Counted from the first letter of the stretch, positions 28,416 through 38,769 are shown. The stretch: 64,000 bases of DNA from Alphaproteobacteria bacterium (GCA_018222605.1 JAAEZZ010000006.1:18071-82070), one strand, 5' to 3'. Numbers and translations are program-made. Notes: generated by a model from the sequence alone, not told the origin.

Positions 28416-30368
28416 ATGAAACTGAAGACATTTCTTTCGGCGACAGCCCTGCTGACGGCAGTCCCATCTGCCTTCGCACTGGCCAATGAAACGCCTGCGG
28501 ATAATGCGCGGCATATCCTGAATTTTGAGGATGTGGAGCTGTCTGCCCTGATTGCGGATGTTTCAACGGTGACAGGCTACACGTTTGTTGTGCATCCCGA
28601 TGCCCGGACAAAGCGGATTACGGTTTCATCGACATCGCCGCTGACACGGGAGCAAGTGTTTGATGTTTTCCTGTCTGCATTGCGGGTGCATGGATTTACG
28701 GCCATACCGGCAGGCAAGGCAACGTACCGTATCGTGCCGGAGCAGAGCGCCGTTGGCGAGGCAGGTATGGGAGCCTATGGCTCCAATGCCTTCACGACAG
28801 AGATCTTTACGCTGAGCCATGTGAATGCGCTGGAAGCGGCCAAGATGCTGAAGCCCGTAATTGACGAGCAAGGCCAGGTGATTGCTAACAGCCAGTCCAA
28901 CACTTTGGTGGTTGTGGATTATGCCTCCAATCTGCCGCGCCTGCGGCAAATGGTTGCGACTTTTGACAAAGACCCTTTTGTCACCGAAACGGTCAGCCTA
29001 AAGAATATTGCGGCCAGCGAACTTGCAGGCATTCTTACCACGCTGAATACTGCAAATGGAGAAGATGCCTACAAGAGCAATTTCAAGGCGGTTGCTTCCG
29101 AGGCGGGGAATTCCATCGTGCTGTATGGCTCAGAGGCTGCGGTCGAGCGGGCGCGGCGGGTTAGTGAGCAACTTGATAGCGCAGACCGTATTCAGGATAC
29201 GCTTCGAGTCATTCCGCTGAACAATGCCGATGCTTCGGAGATCGTGCCGATACTGCAAGAGGTCGCAGCGGCGATGGATGCGCGCCGTGGTTTCACAGAC
29301 AGTTCCGTTCCCGGAACGACAATCGCGCATCACGACTCCACAAATTCTCTGGTGATCAGCGCACCTCCCGAAACACTGGTTAGTCTGGAACGGGTGATCA
29401 ATGATCTTGATCGCCGACGTGCGCAGGTTCTGGTTGAGGCCATTATCGTTGAGATGTCCGATGACACTGCGCGCGAACTGGGCCTTCAATTTCTTTTGTC
29501 GAGCACAGAGAATAGTACCGTGCCGTTTGCCTCGACGAATTTCTCCCGTTCGGCGCCAAACCTGCTGGCGCTTGCAGGGGCGCTTAGCAAGGACACTCCC
29601 TTTTCGGATGGCGGTGATGATGCTTCCAAAAACCCGTTTACGCAGGCGGCCATTAACTCGTTACTTGGACTGACGGGCCTCAGCGTTGGTGTTGGCGGAC
29701 AGGATGGAGATACGCTCTTCGGTGCTGTGTTGACGGCTGTTGAAGCGGATACCAATTCCCGCATCCTCTCCAAACCGTTCAACATGACGCTGGACAATGG
29801 AACCTCCAGCCTTCTTGTCGGCCAGAATGTTCCGATCACGACGGGTTCAGTTCTCGCCGATAACAACACCAACCCTTTTACTACGGTTGAACGGAAAGAT
29901 GTTGGTGTCGGGTTGACCGTAACCCCTCGTATTTCCAATGACGGCACGATTCGCCTGAATATTGAACAAACGGTCTCGGCCATTGCCGGGGTTGTGGGCG
30001 ATGCTACAACAGACCTGATCTTCAATACCCGGAACATTACAACCAGCGTGATCGCGGATGATGGTGAGATTATCGTTCTTGGGGGACTGATCGAGCAATC
30101 CGAGACGCTCAAGAATGAGAAGGTTCCTTTGCTGGGTGATGTGCCCGTCGCCGGACGATTATTCCGCTCTGAAGGCAAAGGGCAAGTGCGCACCAATCTG
30201 ATGGTCTTCATCCGGCCGACCATTGTGCGCGACCGGGATGATGCTCGTGTCGCAACGGAGCGATCCTATCAGTACATCCGTGCTGAAGAACTCTGGAACG
30301 GTGCTGACAGCAGCATCACGATTGATAAATTCGTGAACCAGGTCTTAGGGAGCCCGCCGCCGCAATGA
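28416..30368 (+). CDS. gspD: type II secretion system secretin
   Basis: N0-N3 domains and the secretin core VPLLGDVPVAGRLFRS...LMVFIRPTIV are present. Confidence 0.97.
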   Translation: MKLKTFLSATALLTAVPSAFALANETPADNARHILNFEDVELSALIADVSTVTGYTFVVHPDARTKRITVSSTSPLTREQVFDVFLSALRVHGFTAIPAGKATYRIVPEQSAVGEAGMGAYGSNAFTTEIFTLSHVNALEAAKMLKPVIDEQGQVIANSQSNTLVVVDYASNLPRLRQMVATFDKDPFVTETVSLKNIAASELAGILTTLNTANGEDAYKSNFKAVASEAGNSIVLYGSEAAVERARRVSEQLDSADRIQDTLRVIPLNNADASEIVPILQEVAAAMDARRGFTDSSVPGTTIAHHDSTNSLVISAPPETLVSLERVINDLDRRRAQVLVEAIIVEMSDDTARELGLQFLLSSTENSTVPFASTNFSRSAPNLLALAGALSKDTPFSDGGDDASKNPFTQAAINSLLGLTGLSVGVGGQDGDTLFGAVLTAVEADTNSRILSKPFNMTLDNGTSSLLVGQNVPITTGSVLADNNTNPFTTVERKDVGVGLTVTPRISNDGTIRLNIEQTVSAIAGVVGDATTDLIFNTRNITTSVIADDGEIIVLGGLIEQSETLKNEKVPLLGDVPVAGRLFRSEGKGQVRTNLMVFIRPTIVRDRDDARVATERSYQYIRAEELWNGADSSITIDKFVNQVLGSPPPQ

Positions 30369-31864
30369 TGGACCGCGCTGCACTTTCCCAGTTCACATAT
30401 GCGTTCGCCAAGGAGAAGGGCCTCGTTGTCCTGTCCGGGCGGGATGCGCTGACTGTAGGTGTGAGGCAAGGGGCCGATCCTCTCAGCCTTGTGGAGGCAA
30501 GGCGGGCCCTAGGCTCTGTGTTTGCGCTGGAATCCTTGGACAAGGACGCATATGACCGCGTCCTTGCAGAGGCCTTCGCGCAGGGGCCTATGGCGGATGG
30601 GGATATTGATGCGGCTGTGGAAAGCCGGGGAGGGCTGGAAGGCCTGATCGATGATATTCCGAAGGCGGCGGATTTGCTGGAAGGTCAGGATGACGCTCCC
30701 GTTATCCGTCTGATCAATGGCTTGATCCATGAGGCGATCAAGCGCCGGGCGTCCGACATTCACATTGATCCATTTGAGAGCGATCTCTCCATTCGCTACA
30801 GGATCGATGGGGATCTGGTGGAGGTGCTTACGCCGCCCCGGAAACTGGCAGCGGCGATTGTTTCTCGCATCAAGGTCATGGCGCGACTCGACATTGCGGA
30901 AAAGCGCCTGCCACAGGATGGGCGTATCTCACTTTCTGTGGGCGGACGGTCTATCGATGTCCGCGTGGCCACACTTCCGACGCGCTATGGGGAGCGTGTC
31001 GTGTTGCGCCTGCTCGACACAAAGAACGCCCTTGTGGGCTTACCGGAACTGGGCATGGATGAGGACACATATGCCCGCTTTACGGATGCGCTGGGCCAGC
31101 CCAATGGCGTTATTCTGGTTACCGGGCCGGTCGGCTCAGGCAAGACAACAACGCTCTACGCATCCCTTTCCCGCCTCAACAACGGCCGGGAGAATATCAT
31201 GACGCTGGAAGACCCTGTTGAGTACGGTCTGCCGGGCATCAGCCAGACGCAGATGGATCACAAGGTCGGGCTGACATTCGCGGCGACACTTCGCTCTATC
31301 CTGCGACAGGATCCGAACATCGTGATGGTGGGTGAGATCAGGGATTCTGAAACAGCGGAAGTTGCCTTTGAGTTTGCATCGACAGGGCGGCTTGCGCTTT
31401 CCACGCTGCACACCAACAGCGCGGCTGGAGCCATCACACGCCTGCGCGATATGGGCGTTGAAGCCTATCTGCTGGCCTCAACCCTGAGAGCGGTGATGGC
31501 CCAGCGCCTCGTGCGCCGCTTGTGTCCATCCTGCAAGATAGAACGCACGGCAACGGCTGTGGAGCTGGAAGGCCTGGGGTTCGATCCTCAGCAGGAGATG
31601 ATGGTGGCGGAGCCTCAAGGCTGCTTCTCTTGCGGCAATACCGGGTTTGACGGGCGTATCGGGATTTATGAGTTACTTGTCGTCGACCAGCAGATCCGTC
31701 AGCTGCTGGGCGAAGAGGCCAGCGAAGACAAGATCGAGCGCGCCGCCTTTGCCAAGCATGACCAGTTGCTGGACAATGCCCGGCGCTATGTCGTTTCCGG
31801 CGAGACCAGCCCCGCTGAGGTTCTGCGTGTCTGTCGCAGGGAGGCGCGCGATGCCCGCATTTGA
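30365..31864 (+). CDS. gspE: type II secretion system ATPase
   Basis: Walker A GPVGSGKTTT, Asp/His boxes and the tetracysteine CPSC...CFSC are present. Confidence 0.97.
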   Translation: MMDRAALSQFTYAFAKEKGLVVLSGRDALTVGVRQGADPLSLVEARRALGSVFALESLDKDAYDRVLAEAFAQGPMADGDIDAAVESRGGLEGLIDDIPKAADLLEGQDDAPVIRLINGLIHEAIKRRASDIHIDPFESDLSIRYRIDGDLVEVLTPPRKLAAAIVSRIKVMARLDIAEKRLPQDGRISLSVGGRSIDVRVATLPTRYGERVVLRLLDTKNALVGLPELGMDEDTYARFTDALGQPNGVILVTGPVGSGKTTTLYASLSRLNNGRENIMTLEDPVEYGLPGISQTQMDHKVGLTFAATLRSILRQDPNIVMVGEIRDSETAEVAFEFASTGRLALSTLHTNSAAGAITRLRDMGVEAYLLASTLRAVMAQRLVRRLCPSCKIERTATAVELEGLGFDPQQEMMVAEPQGCFSCGNTGFDGRIGIYELLVVDQQIRQLLGEEASEDKIERAAFAKHDQLLDNARRYVVSGETSPAEVLRVCRREARDARI

Positions 31865-33059
31865 GTATGTGGCTGTCGATGGTGAGGGGCGACGGCAAAA
31901 AGGGATTATCTCTGCTGACAGTCCCAGGTCTGCACGCAAGGAGCTGCGCCTGCGTGAGTTGATGGCGCTGGATGTGACGCCGGTCAGCGAGCAGCGCGCC
32001 CATGCGAGCCTGATTGGTGGTCGTATCAGCGAGAAGCAACGTGTTCTTTTGGTGCGGCAACTATCTGTTCTGTTGCAGTCTGGCTTGCCGGTTGAGCAGG
32101 CACTGGCTGCGGCGGCAGAAGATGCCGGCACGCCTCAGGTTCAGCGTGTGTTGCATGCCGTGAAAACTGAAGTGACGGAAGGTGCCCGTCTGGCGGACGC
32201 GATGAATGTGGCCCCCAAGGCCTTTCCTGTACTGCTGCGTTCGGTCATCTCGGCCGGTGAACTCTCTGGACATCTTGGCGACGTCATGGAGCGGTTGGCT
32301 ACTTATCTGGAGCGTAGTCATCAGTTGCGCCAAAAAGTACAGGCAGCCCTTATCTACCCGGCAGTTTTGGGCATCATGGCCCTGGGTATGATCATTGCCA
32401 TGATGCTTTTTGTCGTGCCGCGCCTTGTGGAGCAGTTTGATCTCTTTGATGCAGACTTGCCGCTGATCACGCGCATGGTGATTGGAGTATCCAACGCGCT
32501 GCAGGCATATGGCTTGCTGATCGTTCTGGCTCTGGCCACGATTATATTTGCTACAATTCGTATGATGAAGTTGCCTTCTATCCGGCAAATGCTCGACCGC
32601 TTCAGCCTGAGGCTGCCTGTCATTGGTGAACTGAACCGCACTGTCTGTGCGGGCCGCTTCGCGCGTGTCTTCGCGACTCTCTCCGGGTCTGGCGCCACAG
32701 TGCTGGAAGCGCTGAGTGGCGCGAAGGGGGCAGCGGGCAATCTGGTTTTTGCTGAGGCAGCAGACGTCATTGCAGAGCGTGTCCGGGAGGGGGGCTCTTT
32801 TGCCGGGGCGCTTAAGGCGACTGGCGTGTTCCCACCCATGATGGTGCACATGGTCTCTAGCGGGGAAGCGGGGCGCGATATCCCAGGTATGATGACACGC
32901 GCGGCGGATTATCTGGACAATGAATTCGAAACAGGTTCTGCGACGCTTCTCTCGCTTCTGGAGCCGCTCATCATCATCGTTCTCGGCGGTATTGTCGGCC
33001 TGATCGTGTTGTCGATCATGCTGCCGATCCTGCAGCTGAATACACTTGCCATAGGATAA
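31851..33059 (+). CDS. gspF: type II secretion system inner-membrane platform protein
   Basis: The start is at MPAFEYVAVDGEGR, typical for GspF. The track's 31647 start would add 68 aa overlapping gspE. Confidence 0.95.
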   Translation: MPAFEYVAVDGEGRRQKGIISADSPRSARKELRLRELMALDVTPVSEQRAHASLIGGRISEKQRVLLVRQLSVLLQSGLPVEQALAAAAEDAGTPQVQRVLHAVKTEVTEGARLADAMNVAPKAFPVLLRSVISAGELSGHLGDVMERLATYLERSHQLRQKVQAALIYPAVLGIMALGMIIAMMLFVVPRLVEQFDLFDADLPLITRMVIGVSNALQAYGLLIVLALATIIFATIRMMKLPSIRQMLDRFSLRLPVIGELNRTVCAGRFARVFATLSGSGATVLEALSGAKGAAGNLVFAEAADVIAERVREGGSFAGALKATGVFPPMMVHMVSSGEAGRDIPGMMTRAADYLDNEFETGSATLLSLLEPLIIIVLGGIVGLIVLSIMLPILQLNTLAIG

Positions 33060-33072
33060 GGAGGAGGGGCTC

Positions 33073-33531
33073 ATGAGAAAGCCGGTATCAACGGATAGCG
33101 AAGCAAAACGCCTCAAGGAGGCAGGCTTTTCATTGGTCGAGCTGATGGTCGTGGTGTTCATTATGGGGCTGCTTGCCACCCTGATCGTTATCAATGTGGC
33201 GCCCGCGACGGACCAGTCCCGCATTGGTAAGGCACATTCCGATATCGCTGCGCTGGAGAGCGCCCTCGATATGTACAATCTGGACATGTACGGATATCCG
33301 TCGACTGAGCAAGGACTTGCCGTTTTGACACAGGCCCCGACAGGCGCACAGTCTGCGCAGTATCGTCCGGGTGGCTACATCAAGCGCATGCGGACAGATC
33401 CCTGGGGGCAGCCTTATCAATATGTCATTCCGGGCACGCGTTCTGGCGGGGCGTATGACGTCTATTCGGTCGGGCCGGATGGTCAGGCGGACACGCAGGA
33501 CGATATCGGAAACTGGGATACGCCAGCCTGA
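33073..33531 (+). CDS. gspG: type II secretion major pseudopilin
   Basis: The prepilin leader plus GFSLVELMVVVFIMGLLA is present, followed by the conserved DPWGQPY block. Confidence 0.95.
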   Translation: MRKPVSTDSEAKRLKEAGFSLVELMVVVFIMGLLATLIVINVAPATDQSRIGKAHSDIAALESALDMYNLDMYGYPSTEQGLAVLTQAPTGAQSAQYRPGGYIKRMRTDPWGQPYQYVIPGTRSGGAYDVYSVGPDGQADTQDDIGNWDTPA

Positions 33532-33992
33532 TGCTACGCTCATCCTCTTCCAATTCTGGCATGTCTCTGGTGGAAGTGCTTGTGGCACTGGCCATTCTTG
33601 CGCTCGCGAGTACGGCAATCGTTATGACCATGCCCCAGCGTGAGACGCGCCTGGACCGCGAGGTCAGCCGGCTGGAAGGGATAATTGAGCGCCTGTCAGA
33701 TGAGGCAATCGCCTCCGGAGAGGTGCGCGGACTACGCATTGCGGAAGATGGATATCTCATGGAAGTCTGGCGTGGCGGTCGCTGGCAAGCCCTGCAAGGC
33801 GCTTACGAATTGCCAAAGCCGGTCGAGTTGAAACTGCAGCAGCCAGCTGCGCAGCAACCGACCAAGGTGTGGCCAGATATCATTGCAGACGAGACCGGCT
33901 TTGTTACGGCTACGCAGCTTTTGATTCAGGATGGCACGAAGAGGCGTGTACTGATTACAGATGCTTCCGGTGCGATCACGGTGGAGAGCTGA
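33531..33992 (+). CDS. gspH: type II secretion minor pseudopilin H
   Basis: It has the GMSLVEVLVALAIL prepilin N-terminus and the expected position in the cluster. Confidence 0.8.
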   Translation: MLRSSSSNSGMSLVEVLVALAILALASTAIVMTMPQRETRLDREVSRLEGIIERLSDEAIASGEVRGLRIAEDGYLMEVWRGGRWQALQGAYELPKPVELKLQQPAAQQPTKVWPDIIADETGFVTATQLLIQDGTKRRVLITDASGAITVES

Positions 33993-33993
33993 G

Positions 33994-34395
33994 ATGATGT
34001 CAACGCGTACCCAACAAGGCTTTACGCTGGTGGAGGTTCTGGTGGCGCTTGGAGTATTCAGTATTGCTGCCATGGCTCTGGCGCATCTTGGCAATGAAAG
34101 CCTGATGGGCGCGCGGCAGGTGTCGCAGCGCTTTCTGGCATCGGTGGAAGCAGACAATGTCATGGCCGAGACGCTTGTGCGGCCAGATGCCGTGGCTCCC
34201 GGCATTGAGACAGGCCGCACTGTTCAGCGGGGACGGGAGTTTGACTGGAATCGTACGATCGTTTCGACAGGCCGGGACTCTTTATTCGCAGTGACCGTTC
34301 TGGTCAGCGATGTACAAACGGGTCAGCAACTCGTGTCACGGCAGACTCTGATCCGAAAGCCCGTGAAAGGGCAGGCAGAGGAGCCGGAAGAATGA
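33994..34395 (+). CDS. gspI: type II secretion minor pseudopilin I
   Basis: QQGFTLVEVLVALGVFSIA is present. The start is taken at the MM (33994), 1 nt after the gspH stop. Confidence 0.85.
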   Translation: MMSTRTQQGFTLVEVLVALGVFSIAAMALAHLGNESLMGARQVSQRFLASVEADNVMAETLVRPDAVAPGIETGRTVQRGREFDWNRTIVSTGRDSLFAVTVLVSDVQTGQQLVSRQTLIRKPVKGQAEEPEE

Positions 34396-34988
34396 AGCGT
34401 TCCGGCGGGTTCACCCTGATCGAAATGCTGGTTGCCCTGGCGGTGAGTTCGCTCCTTCTGGTTGCGGGCTCAACGCTGCTGATACAGACCCTGCGCGCAG
34501 GGGATGTGGTCGAGAGGCATACGGGTGATGTACGCGCGCTGGATGTTGCACATAGTCTGCTTCGGGATGATCTGGCCGGGGCCACGCTGCGTAAGACACG
34601 CGCCCCGAATGGTCTTGATGCGCCGCAGGCATTCACCGGCGGGCAATCCCTCTCGCAACCTTTGTTAGCTTTCACTCGTAATGGCTGGCTGAACCCTGCT
34701 GCAGCAGACGCCCGGGGCGATTTGCAAAGAGTCGAGTATTTTGTGCAGGAAGGAAGATTGCTGCGCCGTGCCTGGTTGAGACCGGATCCGGTGCGCGAAA
34801 CACCCTATGCCGAAAGGGTCATCGCGGATGGCATTGACAGTATCGGGCTGCGTTTCTTCGCAGGCCATAGCTGGCAGCTGAACTGGTCTGGCCAGGCTGA
34901 AAGCTTGCCGGAATTGGTAGAGATGACCTTCGTTTACGGTGAAGGGGATGAGCTGCGCCAAGTGTTTCTGGTGGGGGGCAATGGATGA
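34392..34988 (+). CDS. gspJ: type II secretion minor pseudopilin J
   Basis: GGFTLIEMLVALAV is present, with an ATGA overlap onto gspI. Confidence 0.85.
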   Translation: MKRSGGFTLIEMLVALAVSSLLLVAGSTLLIQTLRAGDVVERHTGDVRALDVAHSLLRDDLAGATLRKTRAPNGLDAPQAFTGGQSLSQPLLAFTRNGWLNPAAADARGDLQRVEYFVQEGRLLRRAWLRPDPVRETPYAERVIADGIDSIGLRFFAGHSWQLNWSGQAESLPELVEMTFVYGEGDELRQVFLVGGNG

Positions 34989-35968
34989 GGCCGTCTCGTG
35001 TGTCCCGTGAGCGTGGCGCGACGCTGCTGAGTGTCTTGCTGATGATCGCGCTGATGTCCGCGGCCGCTTTGGCCGCGACAGATGCTCTTGCGCGATCTGT
35101 ATCCGTGTCACGCACGTCGGGCTATCGTGCAGATGGCTTCTGGGCGGCGCGGGGGGCTCTTGCTGCAGGTGAGCAGGTCGTCAACGAAGTGCTTGCGCAG
35201 GTGCAGGGAAGTCTCACTGCAGATTCCAGCGTGCTGATGGAACCTATGACATTCCCATATGAGCGGGCGAGTATTACGATCTCTCTGAAGGACGCTTCAA
35301 ATTGCTTCAACCTGAACTCCATTCAAGGGGATGAGGGGGAAGCAAGCAATGCGAACGCGCCGCTCAGGAATTTGCGCACGCTCTACGAAGAGGCTGGATT
35401 CTATGGAAATGAGGCGCGGCAACTTTCCGAAAGCCTGGCAGACTGGATAGATGCGGATACTAGTACGCGCCCATCCGGGGCTGAGGACCCGATCTATCGG
35501 TCGCGTGCCATTCCGCACCGCACCGCTGGCCAAAAATTATTGTCGGTTGGAGAGGTTCGGGCAGTTGAGGGCTATACATCCGAAGTCATGGCACGGCTTG
35601 ACGGACTTGTCTGTATACGTCGGCCTGAAGACGAAACGCGCCTGAATATCAATACTCTAACGCTTCCACAGGCGCCTCTTCTGTCTGCCCTGTTCTCCTA
35701 TGAATTGTCTGTCACGGATGCGGAGCGGATTATTTCCTCTCGTCCTGAGGGCGGTTGGGTGAGCGTCGAGGAGTTTCTCTCTTTGCCTGATATACTGAAG
35801 ATCGCCCCCGAAATGCGGTCGGATAACGTCCTGTCCACAACGGCTAATCATATCGAGGCGGACATATTGATTTCATCTGCTGCGGGCTCGATGCGCATGG
35901 TTGCGCTCTATGGCCGGGTGGCAGATGGTTCATTCGTTCTCAAGGGCTCACACAGGAGATCCAGTTGA
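34985..35968 (+). CDS. gspK: type II secretion minor pseudopilin K
   Basis: ERGATLLSVLLMIALMS, a size of 327 aa and the cluster position support the call. Confidence 0.85.
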   Translation: MRPSRVSRERGATLLSVLLMIALMSAAALAATDALARSVSVSRTSGYRADGFWAARGALAAGEQVVNEVLAQVQGSLTADSSVLMEPMTFPYERASITISLKDASNCFNLNSIQGDEGEASNANAPLRNLRTLYEEAGFYGNEARQLSESLADWIDADTSTRPSGAEDPIYRSRAIPHRTAGQKLLSVGEVRAVEGYTSEVMARLDGLVCIRRPEDETRLNINTLTLPQAPLLSALFSYELSVTDAERIISSRPEGGWVSVEEFLSLPDILKIAPEMRSDNVLSTTANHIEADILISSAAGSMRMVALYGRVADGSFVLKGSHRRSS

Positions 35969-37074
35969 TGCGCCCGTATTATTATTCAGAGGTCCCTGCG
36001 GTGGGAGAGGCTTGGCGATTTGCGCGGCCTGGTCCCTCGGGAATGGACCTTTTGCCGGAAGGAGAGATTCCCCCGACAGGAAGTGAGCTGGTCGTATTTG
36101 TTCCGGGAACTGAAGTAACGGCGCATCACGTGAAGATCGCTGCGCGCCGACCTGCTGAGCTTGCAAGGCTCGCCGCCTTCGCGGTCGAGGATGAGCTGTC
36201 TGTGCCCGTGGAAAGTATTCACGCGGCGGTATCACCGGGAATGACCGACACGAGTGTTCGTCAGGTCTATGCTGTGAGCGCTGACCAGATGGAGCGCTGG
36301 CTGGAGCAGATTGCTTCACTGGGCTTTGAGACGGCGCGCCTCGTTCCAGATCTCTCCGTAATTCCTGCCGGCGCTTTTGTGGATGTTGGCGATCGTCTGC
36401 TGTTCGCGACTGGCGAGCATGCTATGGCCATCGATGCGGCTTGGCCGTCTGACGTCATGGCTGCGCTGCTCAAGCAAGCCGGGATTGATCAGGAGGCCCA
36501 GCGCGTTGATGGTCTCCTGCAGCTGGCTGAGTGGGCTGAGCAGTGCGGCAAGCTGACAGATATTCGACAGGGACGCTTCGCAAATGCCAGGGAAGCGGCC
36601 TTGCCACTCAAGCAGTTCAGGCCTCTTGCGGTGATGGCGGCTGCTGTGGTTGCCGCCTGGGGCGCGTCCCTGGCGCTCTCGACGCATTCCATGCAGAATT
36701 TGACAGAAATTTTGAAGGCGCAGGCCAAGGCAGATTACGCTGAGGCCTATCCCGGAAGCCCCGTGCCATCAAACCCCGCTACGGCTTTGCGCAGCTCGCA
36801 AGGCGAAGGAATTGGAAGGCGCGTCCCGACTTTTATGGATGCTAGCGCTGTTCTGTATGGCGCAGTCGAGGCCACGCCAGGGGCAAGTCTGATCAGTATG
36901 CGGTATGACCGCATGGCCGGTGAACTGAGAGCGACATTGACCTACCCCGCCTTTGGGGCTGACCTTGATGTCAAGAAAGCGATGGAGGCTGTCGGGCTAA
37001 GTGTCGATTTGGGCGATACGCGGCTTGAGGATGGCCGTGTTGTGGGGGATCTTGTTATTGGGGCGCAGTCATGA
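35965..37074 (+). CDS. gspL: type II secretion system protein L
   Basis: Position, size and a single mid-protein TM segment (LAVMAAAVVAAWGASLAL) support the call. Confidence 0.8.
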   Translation: MMRPYYYSEVPAVGEAWRFARPGPSGMDLLPEGEIPPTGSELVVFVPGTEVTAHHVKIAARRPAELARLAAFAVEDELSVPVESIHAAVSPGMTDTSVRQVYAVSADQMERWLEQIASLGFETARLVPDLSVIPAGAFVDVGDRLLFATGEHAMAIDAAWPSDVMAALLKQAGIDQEAQRVDGLLQLAEWAEQCGKLTDIRQGRFANAREAALPLKQFRPLAVMAAAVVAAWGASLALSTHSMQNLTEILKAQAKADYAEAYPGSPVPSNPATALRSSQGEGIGRRVPTFMDASAVLYGAVEATPGASLISMRYDRMAGELRATLTYPAFGADLDVKKAMEAVGLSVDLGDTRLEDGRVVGDLVIGAQS

Positions 37075-37550
37075 GCGAACTGTGGACAGAGCGGACAGAT
37101 CGCGAGCGGGCGCTCATACTTTCGGCCGTGGTCCTGTTGGGGCTCATGATTTTTCAATTGGTCTTCATCTCGCCTCTACATGCATCCCATGCACAAGCAA
37201 AAGCTGACCTTGAAGTCGCCTCCCGGCAATTGGATGTGGTGAATGCCGAACTGGCCTCTACCTGGATGCAAGAACCTGCCTCCGGAGCGTCTGCCATTGT
37301 CGGCGGGGAACAATTGCGCAAGGGTCTGCTGCAACTTGCCAACACAAGAGGGCTGAAAGTCTCACGTCTCCAGACAGGTGAGAATGGCCGTTTGACGCTG
37401 CAGTTTGAAAGTGCGCCTCCGACATTAGTCTATGCGTGGCTGGCAGAGGCGGGCAAGGCATATGGCGCAGAACCGGAGCGTGCCTCTCTGTTTGCAGATG
37501 AGGCTGGTACAGTCCGCGCCAGCTTTGAGTTTTCGGGAGCGCCGTCATGA
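37071..37550 (+). CDS. gspM: type II secretion system protein M
   Basis: Position, size and an N-terminal TM segment support the call. Confidence 0.75.
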   Translation: MSELWTERTDRERALILSAVVLLGLMIFQLVFISPLHASHAQAKADLEVASRQLDVVNAELASTWMQEPASGASAIVGGEQLRKGLLQLANTRGLKVSRLQTGENGRLTLQFESAPPTLVYAWLAEAGKAYGAEPERASLFADEAGTVRASFEFSGAPS

Positions 37551-38293
37551 TGCGCCTGCGGACTTTCCAAGCAGTCGTTTTCTCGCTTTGCCTTTTGGGT
37601 GGACTTGTGGCTTTTGCGCCGCTCTCCTTTGCCATGCGTCAGTCCGGACTGACGGGGCAGGGCATCGGCTGGCAACAGGCGCGGGGATCAATCTGGAGCG
37701 GACAGGTGACCGGCATTGTCTGGAAGGGGCAACCAGTTGGCGCGGTCGATCTGCAGGCCCGGCCTGGTCGGATATTTAGCGGTATCCCCATGCATGAGGC
37801 CCGCTGGTCTGGACCGGCGGGGCAGGGGCAGGCGCTCGTCGGCATGAAGGGACGGGCACTGAATGCCCGTGATGTTTCGGCAAGCCTGTATCTGGATCAT
37901 CTTAAAGGGATTGATCCATCGCTCTCGAACCTTGGCAGCACAGTCAGGCTGTCGAACGCCCACTTGGTCATGGAAGGCGAGCGCTGTAAGGCTGCGTCAG
38001 GGACCATCACGACCAATCTCGCAAGACTGGCCGCTGTGACATACGACCGGGACTGGCCCATCTTGTCCGGCTCAATATCGTGTGAGCAAGGCGAGTTGGG
38101 CGCCAATATGATCGGACAGGCAGATGATGGCACGGTCATTTCCTTTCAGGGGAAGCTCTTGACCGGGCTCCGGCTGGAAATCGAGACATTGGATGAGGAT
38201 TTGCGCGGCGCCTTGAAGCTTGCTGGTTTTAAGGCCGAGGGAACCAAATTGGTCTATGCTCGGCAGGCGGAGCGGCAGGAGAGACTTCAATGA
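37547..38293 (+). CDS. gspN: type II secretion system protein N
   Basis: Position after gspM, an N-terminal TM segment and a GspN-like length support the call. Confidence 0.7.
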   Translation: MMRLRTFQAVVFSLCLLGGLVAFAPLSFAMRQSGLTGQGIGWQQARGSIWSGQVTGIVWKGQPVGAVDLQARPGRIFSGIPMHEARWSGPAGQGQALVGMKGRALNARDVSASLYLDHLKGIDPSLSNLGSTVRLSNAHLVMEGERCKAASGTITTNLARLAAVTYDRDWPILSGSISCEQGELGANMIGQADDGTVISFQGKLLTGLRLEIETLDEDLRGALKLAGFKAEGTKLVYARQAERQERLQ

Positions 38294-38769
38294 AACGGAA
38301 ACTTACCCTGCTAGGGGCCTGTCTGCTTCTGGTTGCGGCTTGCAGTTCGGTGCCGCAGCAGAAGGTATCTGTTGCGCCAGCGCCTGAAGCTCCTGAACCG
38401 GGTAACTTGCCGCCACAAACCCTGGAACCCAGTGAGTGCGGCCTGTTCTTGTGGACGCAAGGCACACCGCGGCGCTTTATTTTCTTTTCCCGCGCGGCAA
38501 GTGGACATGCGACTGCGATGCTGGAAGCAGGAAAGCAGAACGAACTTACGCTTGCGGCTCAACGCGGTGACCTGTTTGGTCAGTTCATGACGGAAATGGA
38601 CTATGCCATGTCGGGAGGCGGTGCCGTCTTTCTGCACCTGACACCAGGCGAGTCGGTTGAAGGCGGACAAAAAATCTCTTCAGGCCGTATCGAGTTACTG
38701 GATGCTGGAGGTTGGTCCACGATTATTCCGGTCGTCGGGTTGCGCGCATGCCAGCCGGATCCTGAATGA
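38290..38769 (+). CDS. hypothetical lipoprotein translationally coupled to gspN
   Basis: It shares an ATGA overlap with gspN. Lipobox LLVAAC is present. No family was recognised. Confidence 0.7.
   Translation: MKRKLTLLGACLLLVAACSSVPQQKVSVAPAPEAPEPGNLPPQTLEPSECGLFLWTQGTPRRFIFFSRAASGHATAMLEAGKQNELTLAAQRGDLFGQFMTEMDYAMSGGGAVFLHLTPGESVEGGQKISSGRIELLDAGGWSTIIPVVGLRACQPDPE

Noticed and set aside
31647-31850. A 68-aa N-terminal extension of gspF given by the ORF track.
   Set aside because: It overlaps the 3' end of gspE in another frame. The canonical GspF N-terminus MPAFEYVAVD starts at 31851.
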